A stretch of DNA of 64,000 nt from Antedon mediterranea (Eukaryota; Animalia; Echinodermata): contig NC_092673.1 of NCBI RefSeq assembly GCF_964355755.1, positions 8,618,001 to 8,682,000 on the forward strand, given 5' to 3'. The notes beneath the pieces were generated by a model. That model searched no databases. It had not been told where the DNA came from and saw only the letters and a list, made by a program, of their open reading frames with translations. Below are positions 35,391 through 44,412 of this stretch, one piece after another. The position numbers and the translations under genes are program-made. The number at the start of each line of letters is the position of its first letter. The first letter of the stretch is position 1.

Positions 35391-38300
35391 TTACACTCGA
35401 CTTAGATAATCAGCTCCTACATTTTCACTGCCTTTAATCGCCTCTATTCGGAACTTGTACGGTTGTAGAGCCAGGGCCCATCTCATAATTCGCCCATTGG
35501 ACAATTTCGCTCGCTGCATAAACACAAGCGGCTGGTGATCAGTCTCCAATGTGAAGTTTCGTCCATATAAATAAGATTCAAACTTTCGTACACTCCAGAC
35601 AATGGCTAAACATTCTTTTTCCATCACTGAATATGCTTTTTCTCGAGGAAGCAGTTTCTTGCTAGCGTACGCCACGGGAAACTTCACGTCACCATACTGC
35701 TGCATTAGAACCGCTCCCACTCCACATTCGGACGCATCTGTTCTCAAAATAAAATCTTTGTTTAAATTGGGAAGGCATAAAATTGGAGTACTATTTAATT
35801 TTTCCTTAAGTTTAACAAACGCACTTTCCTGGGCCTTCTCCCAACCTATTCGGTTAGGTTCCCGATTCTTCGTTTTGTCGGTTAATGGACAAGCAATTAC
35901 AGAGTAATTAGGAATGAACTTCCTATAGTAGTTGGTCATCCCAAGGAATGACCGGAGTTGTTTCTTCGTTTCTGGCTGTTTGGCTGACAGGATGCTTTGC
36001 ACCTTCTCCACCCTAGGTTGAACCTGTCCTTTCCCTACCACATGGCCAAGAAACTCGATTGTTTCATAACCAATGAAACATTTGCTCGGTCGAGCAGTTA
36101 GGTTGGCCCTGCGGAGACGTCCAAACAATTCAGACAAACATTTCATATGTTGATCCCAAGAAGCTGTGTGAATTAGAATGTCATCAATATAGTTAAGTGT
36201 ATTATCCATTCCTTTGAGTAATTTTCTCATGATACGACTGAAAGTAGCTGGTGCATTGACTAAGCCGAACGGCATGACATTAAATTGAAACAAACCATCT
36301 GGTGTTAGAAAGGATGTTAAAGGTTTTGACGCTTCATCCATGGGAACTTGCCAATACCCTTTACTTAAATCTATCTTAGTAAAATAATGATCGTGGGCCA
36401 ACCTTGTGAACAGTTCCTCTTGGTCCGGGATCGGTTCGGCGTCAAAAACTGTAACCTGATTAAGTTTCCGAAAGTCCACGCAGAATCGATTTGACCCATC
36501 CGGTTTCTTTACCAATACTATTGGTGATGCAAACGGTGCCCCTGAAGGCTCCACTACACCCAGATTTAACATCATATTTACCTCATCCTTAATGGTACCT
36601 CGCAACGCATGTGGAAGTGGATAGGGCTTGGAACGGATTATATCCTCAGTTTCCAACTTGATTTCATGCTGCCCAAGTGTAGTCTTACCCGGTAAATCCG
36701 TCAATACATCTTTGTAGTTTCCGATGAGTCGGTGCACCTCATGCTTTAGGGTATCATCCAAGCTTTCGTTGATGTGAATGTCGGCTGTTGTTTCTTTTGC
36801 TAGTAAAGGGTGGAGCTGCAAAAGATTCTCATTAGATAGATGATCATTTTGGTTACTTGTAAATGTTTCATTAGGTTCGCATTCAATAACAGCGGTGCTA
36901 GCTAATTCAAGGATACCAGAAGGCTCGGATACCTCCAGAGCAGCACTAATGTCTGCGGTTCGCTCATAATACCTTTTCAAGAGATTGGCGTGAAATATTT
37001 TGAATTTCCCATTAATGTCAATTTGGTAGTCTAGATACCCAAATTTCTTTACAACCTTAAAAGGACCTTTCCATTGAAGCAACAGTTTGTTTTTGTCTGT
37101 GGGTAGTAAAAGTAGTACCTTATCCCCAACCTCAAATTCCCGGGACTTACTCTTTTTGTCATAATATTGTTTATACCTGACCTTTGATTTTTGTAGATTC
37201 TTCTGAGCCATCAGACAGGTTTCATGTAATCGTTCCCGTAAATCCATAACGTACTGGTAGGTGGTTTTTGTTTCTGGTGTTTCAATTTCTTCGGTCCACA
37301 ATTCCCTTAGGATGGACATGGGTCCTCGGACGGTACGGCCATATAAGAGTTCAAAAGGAGAAAAACCTAAACTTTCTTGTGAAGATTCCCTAACAGCAAA
37401 CAGTAGTGGGTCAATGTATCGATCCCAATCAGTAGGCCTTTCGGCACACATACGTTTCAGCATTTGTTTGAGTGTTCCATTGAACCGTTCGACCAAACCA
37501 TTACAAGCTGGGTGATATGGAGATGTCATTACCTGACGTATAGACAACAACTTACTAACTTGCTTCATGACTTCCGATGTAAATTGTGATCCCCTATCGG
37601 TAAGCATTTCTTTCGGGATACCAAGTCTAGAGAAAACACCAACCAAGGCCTCAGCAACCCGTTCAGCTTCAATACTTGGTAGAGGCACTGCCTCGGGATA
37701 ACGAGTAGCAAAATCTATTATTGTGAGTATATAACGATTACGACCTTTAGACATGGGGAAAATGGGACCAACTATATCAACGGCAATCCGTTCAAACGGC
37801 ACCTCGATCAAAGGCATGCTTCCTAGAGGCACTTTCGTAACTCTACCTTTTTGTACAGTTCTCTGACAAATGTCACAGGATCGACAATATCGAGTAATAT
37901 CCGCAGTGACCCCAGGCCACCAAAAAGTTGTCAACACTTTATCCGTCGTCTTTTTGACCCCTTGGTGTCCTCCTAATAAGGTTTCATGGGCTTGGCGCAT
38001 TACCTGGCGTCGATAGTCAGCTGGCACTACCAGTTGGGTAAACTTATCCCCGTGTTCAATATTAGGAGAGGAAAATTGCCTATATAATAGGTCTTTATGA
38101 TAAATAAACCTAGACGTGGCTTGTTTGTTACTCACAGTTGTAGTTTGCTTCTCTGCAAGATCCTTGAATTTTGCAAGGCTGACATCTTGTTGCTGAGCGG
38201 TCTTCATAGTTACCGCTGTGATGATTTGCTGGTGTATTTCTGTAGTTTTAAGTGTTCTGAATGGTTTATCCATGTTGTTAGCTTGAGACCGGGTGACAAC

Positions 38301-40058
38301 AGAACATCCTCGAAGATTCCGCTCTGCCCATGTGGGATCTGGATTTCCTGGTGCTCGTACTCCTGCAATATTACCTAATATCAAGTCATAAATAGGGTTA
38401 TTCATACATAGTGCATACGTATTTCCTGAAAAAAATGGTGTATTAACCTGTATTAATGCAACCGGTAGGTTGCGAACCGTGCCGTCAATCAGCACACAGG
38501 TTTTCTCCTTACCAGTAAGTTGTTCGGCTGATACCAGATCTTTCTTTACAACCACCCCACTACAGCCACTGTCACGAAGAACAGAGACGCAGCGTGACCC
38601 GACACAGCCTGTATAAACGGGCATTTTACTAATTGAATTATTTAGAGCCGCTGTCATAATTGGAAGACAGTGCCCACATTGGAGAGTGACCCTATCACCA
38701 TCATTATTGATACAACATTGATTTAAAGATTCTGACATTTTTGTAACCATACTGGCACCCACATCGGGAATTTCTTCTTTGGCTTTACATTCGTGTTGTT
38801 TTGTACATTTTTGGCAATCAGACTCTTGTTGTGGTGAAGTAGACAACCCAGCGCAACTGTTGGCGTCCTGTCTACAATTTCTGGCAATATGCCCTGTTTT
38901 TAAGCATCGGTAACATTTTGGAGGAGAGTTTGGTTTATACATAGTTGAAACTCTGCAATTTCTAGCTAAGTGACCTACACGATGGCATATAAAACAAGTT
39001 GGACTACGGAAACTAGAAGGGCTTTGTGCTGAGGATGTACTGGGAACATTATTAGAGGAAAGTTGAGGGGAATTCGGCTCCTTTTGTTTAAACTCTATTG
39101 GTTTACCAAATAACCCCCCACGGGCTTCCAAATATTGTTCAGCAATTTCAGCCATCGCTTGTATCGTTTTCGGTTGACGTTCCCTTAGGAACAGGGCAAG
39201 GTCCTTCCCACACCCATCAGTAAATTGCTCTCGCAGCAATAAATCTTTTAACCCTTGAAAGGTTTTCTCCCCCTCTGCTAGGTCAATCCACCTATCCAGA
39301 TAATTGCTTAACCTTGCAGCGAACTGCAGTCCGCTTTCCCCGTGTTCGGGCTTGGCTGTTCGTAACTTATGTCGAAATCCATCGGCGGTCAACTGAAACC
39401 GTTTTAGAAGAGCCAATTTCAACAGTTTGTAATCATTAGCTTCAGCTGAAGACAACCTGGAATAAACTTCGAGAGCTTTCCCAGTTAGTAGGGCACTTAA
39501 GTTAACCGGCCACTCACTTTCTTTCCACTCCTGACTAGTCGCATACCGTTCAAACCTTTTCAGATAGGCATCTAGGTCATCTGTTCGGTCATGGAAAGGG
39601 GGTAATTTAGGTTTACTGGCCTTAACCCGTGACTCAGGATTGGGTAATACTCTACCACCTGGCCGTGCCCGATTCTTTTCTTGCTCTAATTGGATTTCTA
39701 ACCTTCGCATTTCTATGAGATAGGCCTGATTTTCAGCTTCTTTCACTCTTTCATTTACTCTCTCTTTTTCTTCACTCGCTCTTTTTCTCTCTGCTTCGTC
39801 CCTCTCTAGCACCTCTCTTCTCTCTCTCTCTTCCTTCTCTAGTACCTCTCTTCTCTCTCTCTCTTCCTTGTCTCTGTTTCGCTCTTTTTCCTCTCTCTCC
39901 CTGTTTCTTTCTTCTCTCTCCCGGTTTCTTTCTTCTCTCTCTAGTGCTCTCTCTTCTCTTTCTCTGGCAGCTTCCTCTCTCTTTTCCACAAACTCTCTTA
40001 ATTCCACTCCATCTAACCCCAACGCTTTTCCTGCGTCAACAATTTTAGTGAGATCCAT
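35391..40058 (-). CDS. Gag-Pol polyprotein with SCAN-like capsid and PR-IN-RT-RH order
   Basis: E/R coiled coil; SCAN-like LLLREQF...LFLRERQPKT; two CCHC knuckles; LRDSGC protease; HHCC, VDIVGP, TDRGSQF and NGLVERFN integrase with KGPF; then MPFGL and YIDD RT; TDASECGVGAVL...ADYLSR RNase H. Confidence 0.97.
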   Translation of the reverse strand: MDLTKIVDAGKALGLDGVELREFVEKREEAAREREERALEREERNREREERNREREEKERNRDKEERERREVLEKEERERREVLERDEAERKRASEEKERVNERVKEAENQAYLIEMRRLEIQLEQEKNRARPGGRVLPNPESRVKASKPKLPPFHDRTDDLDAYLKRFERYATSQEWKESEWPVNLSALLTGKALEVYSRLSSAEANDYKLLKLALLKRFQLTADGFRHKLRTAKPEHGESGLQFAARLSNYLDRWIDLAEGEKTFQGLKDLLLREQFTDGCGKDLALFLRERQPKTIQAMAEIAEQYLEARGGLFGKPIEFKQKEPNSPQLSSNNVPSTSSAQSPSSFRSPTCFICHRVGHLARNCRVSTMYKPNSPPKCYRCLKTGHIARNCRQDANSCAGLSTSPQQESDCQKCTKQHECKAKEEIPDVGASMVTKMSESLNQCCINNDGDRVTLQCGHCLPIMTAALNNSISKMPVYTGCVGSRCVSVLRDSGCSGVVVKKDLVSAEQLTGKEKTCVLIDGTVRNLPVALIQVNTPFFSGNTYALCMNNPIYDLILGNIAGVRAPGNPDPTWAERNLRGCSVVTRSQANNMDKPFRTLKTTEIHQQIITAVTMKTAQQQDVSLAKFKDLAEKQTTTVSNKQATSRFIYHKDLLYRQFSSPNIEHGDKFTQLVVPADYRRQVMRQAHETLLGGHQGVKKTTDKVLTTFWWPGVTADITRYCRSCDICQRTVQKGRVTKVPLGSMPLIEVPFERIAVDIVGPIFPMSKGRNRYILTIIDFATRYPEAVPLPSIEAERVAEALVGVFSRLGIPKEMLTDRGSQFTSEVMKQVSKLLSIRQVMTSPYHPACNGLVERFNGTLKQMLKRMCAERPTDWDRYIDPLLFAVRESSQESLGFSPFELLYGRTVRGPMSILRELWTEEIETPETKTTYQYVMDLRERLHETCLMAQKNLQKSKVRYKQYYDKKSKSREFEVGDKVLLLLPTDKNKLLLQWKGPFKVVKKFGYLDYQIDINGKFKIFHANLLKRYYERTADISAALEVSEPSGILELASTAVIECEPNETFTSNQNDHLSNENLLQLHPLLAKETTADIHINESLDDTLKHEVHRLIGNYKDVLTDLPGKTTLGQHEIKLETEDIIRSKPYPLPHALRGTIKDEVNMMLNLGVVEPSGAPFASPIVLVKKPDGSNRFCVDFRKLNQVTVFDAEPIPDQEELFTRLAHDHYFTKIDLSKGYWQVPMDEASKPLTSFLTPDGLFQFNVMPFGLVNAPATFSRIMRKLLKGMDNTLNYIDDILIHTASWDQHMKCLSELFGRLRRANLTARPSKCFIGYETIEFLGHVVGKGQVQPRVEKVQSILSAKQPETKKQLRSFLGMTNYYRKFIPNYSVIACPLTDKTKNREPNRIGWEKAQESAFVKLKEKLNSTPILCLPNLNKDFILRTDASECGVGAVLMQQYGDVKFPVAYASKKLLPREKAYSVMEKECLAIVWSVRKFESYLYGRNFTLETDHQPLVFMQRAKLSNGRIMRWALALQPYKFRIEAIKGSENVGADYLSRV

Positions 40059-40206
40059 TTCTTAAGGAAAAAAAAAAAAAATATATATATATATGTATAA
40101 GTATCCAATATAAGTATACAGTATGTCAATAATATGACAAATAGACAATCCAATCAATTACGTACAATTGTTTCATCTACCGATGTTCACGCTAGGTTAC
40201 AAAGTC

Positions 40207-40223
40207 TCCCGGACGAGCCCCCA
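40207..40223 (-). promoter_or_regulatory. Primer-binding site, tRNA-Pro
   Basis: Minus strand TGGGGGCTCGTCCGGGA, 4 nt after the 5' LTR. Matches 17 of 18 nt of the classic tRNA-Pro PBS. Confidence 0.92.
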
Positions 40224-40227
40224 TAAA

Positions 40228-41523
40228 TGTCACACAGCCGCAATTACGGCTCTTTCGGACATGTAATATCTGGTAACCACCGGTAAACAACGATAAATAG
40301 CCACAACTGTACACATATAAATGTAAAAAGTAAATTTAATAATAAACTTTGACCAACAATTCTTCCTTCTATAATCCAAACCCCCCCTAAAAAAACCCAA
40401 AAAAAAAAACCCCTAAGCAATTCTCAAACAATGATACGGTATCCCTATTCCCCCACAACTTATACACTTCCCCAAATTCCCAATCCTCCCAGACAAAATA
40501 TCGACAATCTTCTTATTGTCAAATATAAATCCCAGAAACCCCCCTTCCAAATACAATAATATCACAAGATGAATAATACAATAATAAATGTCCACAATAT
40601 CGTTCCTTCTTGCCTTTTCTCCTACGCTGACCCAAAACAAATTCGAAAGATAAAAGTTAAAACGATTCCGCAACTAAACAACTCCTCTGCTCCCGTTCTG
40701 CTTGTATTCCCAATTATACTTCTTCTCAACCTGCAACTATCTTCTGACATATAAATAAATAAAATATAAAGTTAAAAATGTTTCTTGAGGTCCTTCTGCA
40801 CTGCAATCCGCTCCCCGATCAATTATTTCTTTCTCCTTTTCCACGTAACATAATATCAGTATCAATAAAGTCAGTCTTCGATACTTTCAACAAAAGCTTT
40901 CTTTAAAAGCAATTAATTCTGCTATTTCCAACAGTTATTATTCGATTTATTAACTTCATGTATCTCACTTTATTTCATTTCTGCTCCAGCTCTAGATCAC
41001 CATAATTATTTCCAACTCACAATTTATTAACTTCATGTATATCACCTTATTTCGTTTCTGCTTCAGCTCTATATCACCATAATTATTTCCAACTCACAAT
41101 TTACTAACTTCATGTAGATCACCTTATTTCCTTTCCGCTTCAGCTCTATATCACCATACTTCTTTCCAACCCACCATTTATTAACTTCATATATACCACT
41201 TTACTTCCTTTCTGCTTCAACATAACATAACCCTCCTTCTCTGTCTCCTCTCAATTTTCATCTCCTTCTCAAACTTCCCTCAATTGCACACATACCACCA
41301 CCTTATCCTTCTCAACCAATCAGCAACTCACACACCAACTCAACTCTTACACCTCTCCTCCAATCAGCAACCTCCACACACTCCTTCTCTGCACACACAC
41401 ACTCTGCTCCACTGGCTTCAAACAATAGTTTCCTAAAACAAAAGAAAGGTTCAAATAATGAAAACAAAAGGAAAAGTAAGCATGACTTGCAAAATAAATA
41501 CAAAACTTATGTCACTTGTGACA
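40228..41523 (-). repeat. 5' LTR of the Gmr1-type element
   Basis: No differences seen against 34046-35341 where compared, including homopolymer lengths. Confidence 0.95.
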
Positions 41524-41949
41524 TTAGTATAATGTTGATTTTTATTTAATAAATAAGCTGTTGGTGTTTCTACATCATTAGCTAGTTCTAGGTTTTATTA
41601 TATGGGTGGATTTGACTTTTCTACACTAGCAGTTTTGAACAAGGCCTACTGTATTAGTTTAAATGGAATGCTACAAGTTGTATTATTTTTTTTTATTTAT
41701 CGTTTTGTGTACTAAAGTGGCAGCATAATCAGTATTTATTTTTACCAGATGTCAAGCAAGGGTAATGTCCCAATTGGTAATTGCCACAATTGTCAGGTCA
41801 ACCTCAAAACAGCGGCTCTCGGGACCGGGAGAGTTGTATGATTTGTTTTTATTATTATTTTTTTTTTGATGCGCCTTGAGCACCCTGTGGTATGTGCGCT
41901 ATAAAAATCCTGTTATTATTATTTGTTATTATTATTTCACCTTTTAGTC

Positions 41950-43560
41950 GTTTCTGTCTTACAGTAAAGTGATCTTTAATTGGAAGAGGACCAGTACAAT
42001 TACTTGTTTTTTATCACATGATTATAAACTATTTATTCCTCTTGTCTGTGCTCGTACAAAATAATAAAACGGTCGCTAATTGGAAGTGTCTTAAAGTAAA
42101 GTGATCTTTAATTGGAAGAGGACCAGTACAATTACTTGTTTTTTATCACATGATTATAAACTATTTATTCCTCTTGTCTGTACTCATACAAAATAATAAA
42201 ACGGTCGCTAAATGGAAGTGTTTAAATTGAAGTGATCTTTAATTGGAAGAGGACCAGTACAATTACTTGTTTTTTATCACATGATTATAAACTATTTCTT
42301 CTTCTTGTCTTTATTCAAACAAAATAATATAACGGTCGCTAATTGGAAGTGTCTTAAACTGAAGTGATCTTTAATTGGAAGAGGACCAGTACAATTACTT
42401 GTTTTTTATCACATGATTATAAATTATTTCTTCTTCTTGTCTTTATTCAAACAAAATAATATAACGGTCGCTAATTGGAAGTGTCTTAAACTGAAGTGAT
42501 CTTTAATTGGAAGAGGACCAGTACATTTACTTAATTTTGTCATATAATTAAACTATTAATTATTCTTGCCTTTACTCATACCAATTAATAAAAATGGTCA
42601 CTAATTAGAGGTGTCTTAAAGTAAAGTGATCTTTAATTGGAAGCGGACCAGTCAGTACAGTTACTTAATTTTGTCACATAATTAAAACTATTAATTATTA
42701 TTGTCTTTACTCATACCAATTAATAAAATGGTCGCTAATTGGAGGTGTCTATAAGTAAAGTGGTTTTTAATGGAAGAGGACCAGTACAATATTACTTGTT
42801 TTTTTCACAAAATTAAAACTATGTATTCTTTTTGTCTTTATTCATACTAAATAATATAATGGTCGCTAATTGGAGGTTTCTTTAAGTAAAGTGATCTATA
42901 ACTGGAAGAGGACTAGTACAGTTACTTAATTTTGTCACTATCATAATTAAAACTATGTATTCTTCTTGTATTTACTCCTACCAATTAATAAAATGGTCGC
43001 TAATTAGAGGTGTCTTAAAGTAAAGTGACCTTTAATTGGAAGCGGACCAGTACATTTATTTAATTTTGTCACATAATTAAACTATTAATTATTCTTGCCT
43101 TTACTCATACCAATTAATAAAAATGGTCACTAATTAGAGGTGTCTTAAAGTAAAGTGATCTTTAATTGGAAGCGGACCAGTCAGTACAGTTACTTAATTT
43201 TGTCACATAATTAAAACTATTAATTATTATTGTCTTTACTCATACCAATTAATAAAATGGTCGCTAATTGGAGGTGTTTTAAGTAAAGTGGTCCTTTATT
43301 GAAAGAGGTCCAGTACAATTACTTGTTTTTTGTCACATAATTAATAACTATATATTCTTCTTGCTTTATTATTACTAAATAATATAATGGTCGCTAATTG
43401 GAGGTGTTTTAGGTAAAGTGATTTTTAATTGGAAGAGGACCACTTCATTTACTTGTTTTTGTCACATACTTAACAATTATTTATTCTTCTTGTCTTTTCA
43501 CATACCAAATAATATAATGGTCCCTAATTGGAGGTGTTTAGGCAAAGCGATCTTTAATTA
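41950..43560. repeat. ~132-bp tandem array, ~12 copies, inside the Ginger1-like element
   Basis: gatctttaattggaagaggaccagtaca recurs at 41971, 42103, 42234, 42366, 42498, 42628 and onward. Confidence 0.95.
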
Positions 43561-43965
43561 GAAAAAAAAATTAGTTTGGCATCATTAAGTATTATTGATT
43601 ATTAAAAGAAGACAAGACAAGTGCAGGCGTGATAAAAACAACCACCTATCATAAAACGTATGATACAGTATTTAATAGTGGACGCATTTCAATCCATGGG
43701 TCAGACATTATTAAACGGGCCGGACAGCATTAAATTGTTGAAAAACGCCCACGAACCCGTTGAAACATGCAACTGGACACTATCCAATACTGAAAAGTGT
43801 CCGCCCGGACACTTTTGAATGCTGGACACAATTCAATCTTACACCGGCACAGAAAGAAAGCATTGTTACATAACAGCTGACATTCCAAAAGATATCACCT
43901 GTAAATGCTAATTCTACAAGTAAATGTGCTTATAAGCAACGTTGTAATTGATTGTTCTCATTATA

Positions 43966-44014
43966 GTCTCCTGATGAGTGAGTTGCGCGACTCACGAAAC
44001 AAGCCTGTAGAGAC
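43966..44014 (+). ncRNA. Minimal type I hammerhead ribozyme (Penelope-associated)
   Basis: gtctc-CTGATGA-gtgagt(tgcgcg)actcac-GAAA-c(aagcct)g-TA-gagac. Stems I and II pair fully; predicted cleavage after GUA at 44009. Confidence 0.9.
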
Positions 44015-44412
44015 CAAACTGTAGTTTTTACTTCTTTTCCAGACTTAACGTATATATATAGGCCTATAGTTAAATTTCAGTATATCACCGGGCGGTTTAG
44101 AATTAATGTTCTTTGCCTCTTGTGTTTATATATATATATATATATACTATAAAAAATAAAAAAAGAAGACAATGTGTGAAAGGAGATCAAAATAAGTAAA
44201 ATTACTTTAAGCATTGACCACATGAACAGTTGTCGACATGACAAGACAACTAATAATAATAAAATATAATATAAATATAAAAATAATAATAAAATCCCGT
44301 GGTTGGGATGGAGCTAAGAAAATTTAGAAAAATAGAGTTGGAGGTCCCGGAAATTGAACTTATTATACTTCAAAACAAAATATAAATATATTCCCTATCA
44401 TGGTTGTGACTG

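Larger units (their letters stand above)
34046..41523 (-). mobile_element. Full-length Gmr1-type Ty3/gypsy LTR retrotransposon
   Basis: 1296-bp LTRs TGTCACA...TGTGACA at a constant 6182-bp offset, TSD TTAGT (34041-34045 and 41524-41528), PBS, PPT, intact ORF. Confidence 0.97.
32545..43843. mobile_element. Ginger1-like non-autonomous TIR element, CCGG TSD
   Basis: CCGG|tgtaagatttaaatgtgtccggtg...tgtggacact-type repeats...ggacacaattcaatcttaca|CCGG, with an imperfect TIR of roughly 70-100 bp. Excision restores the Penelope frame tgc-cgg-cac. Confidence 0.85.
29590..44127 (+). mobile_element. Penelope-like element 3' fragment (endonuclease C-terminus and pLTR) in three pieces
   Basis: 29653-29757 WTLKDNNTDYSISWRILASAKAYSSANKKCNLCLK, then 32470-32544 EKLFIIRHPELSTLNKRNELVSACR, then 43848-43880 HRKKALLHNS*, followed by a hammerhead motif. 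Confidence 0.88.
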
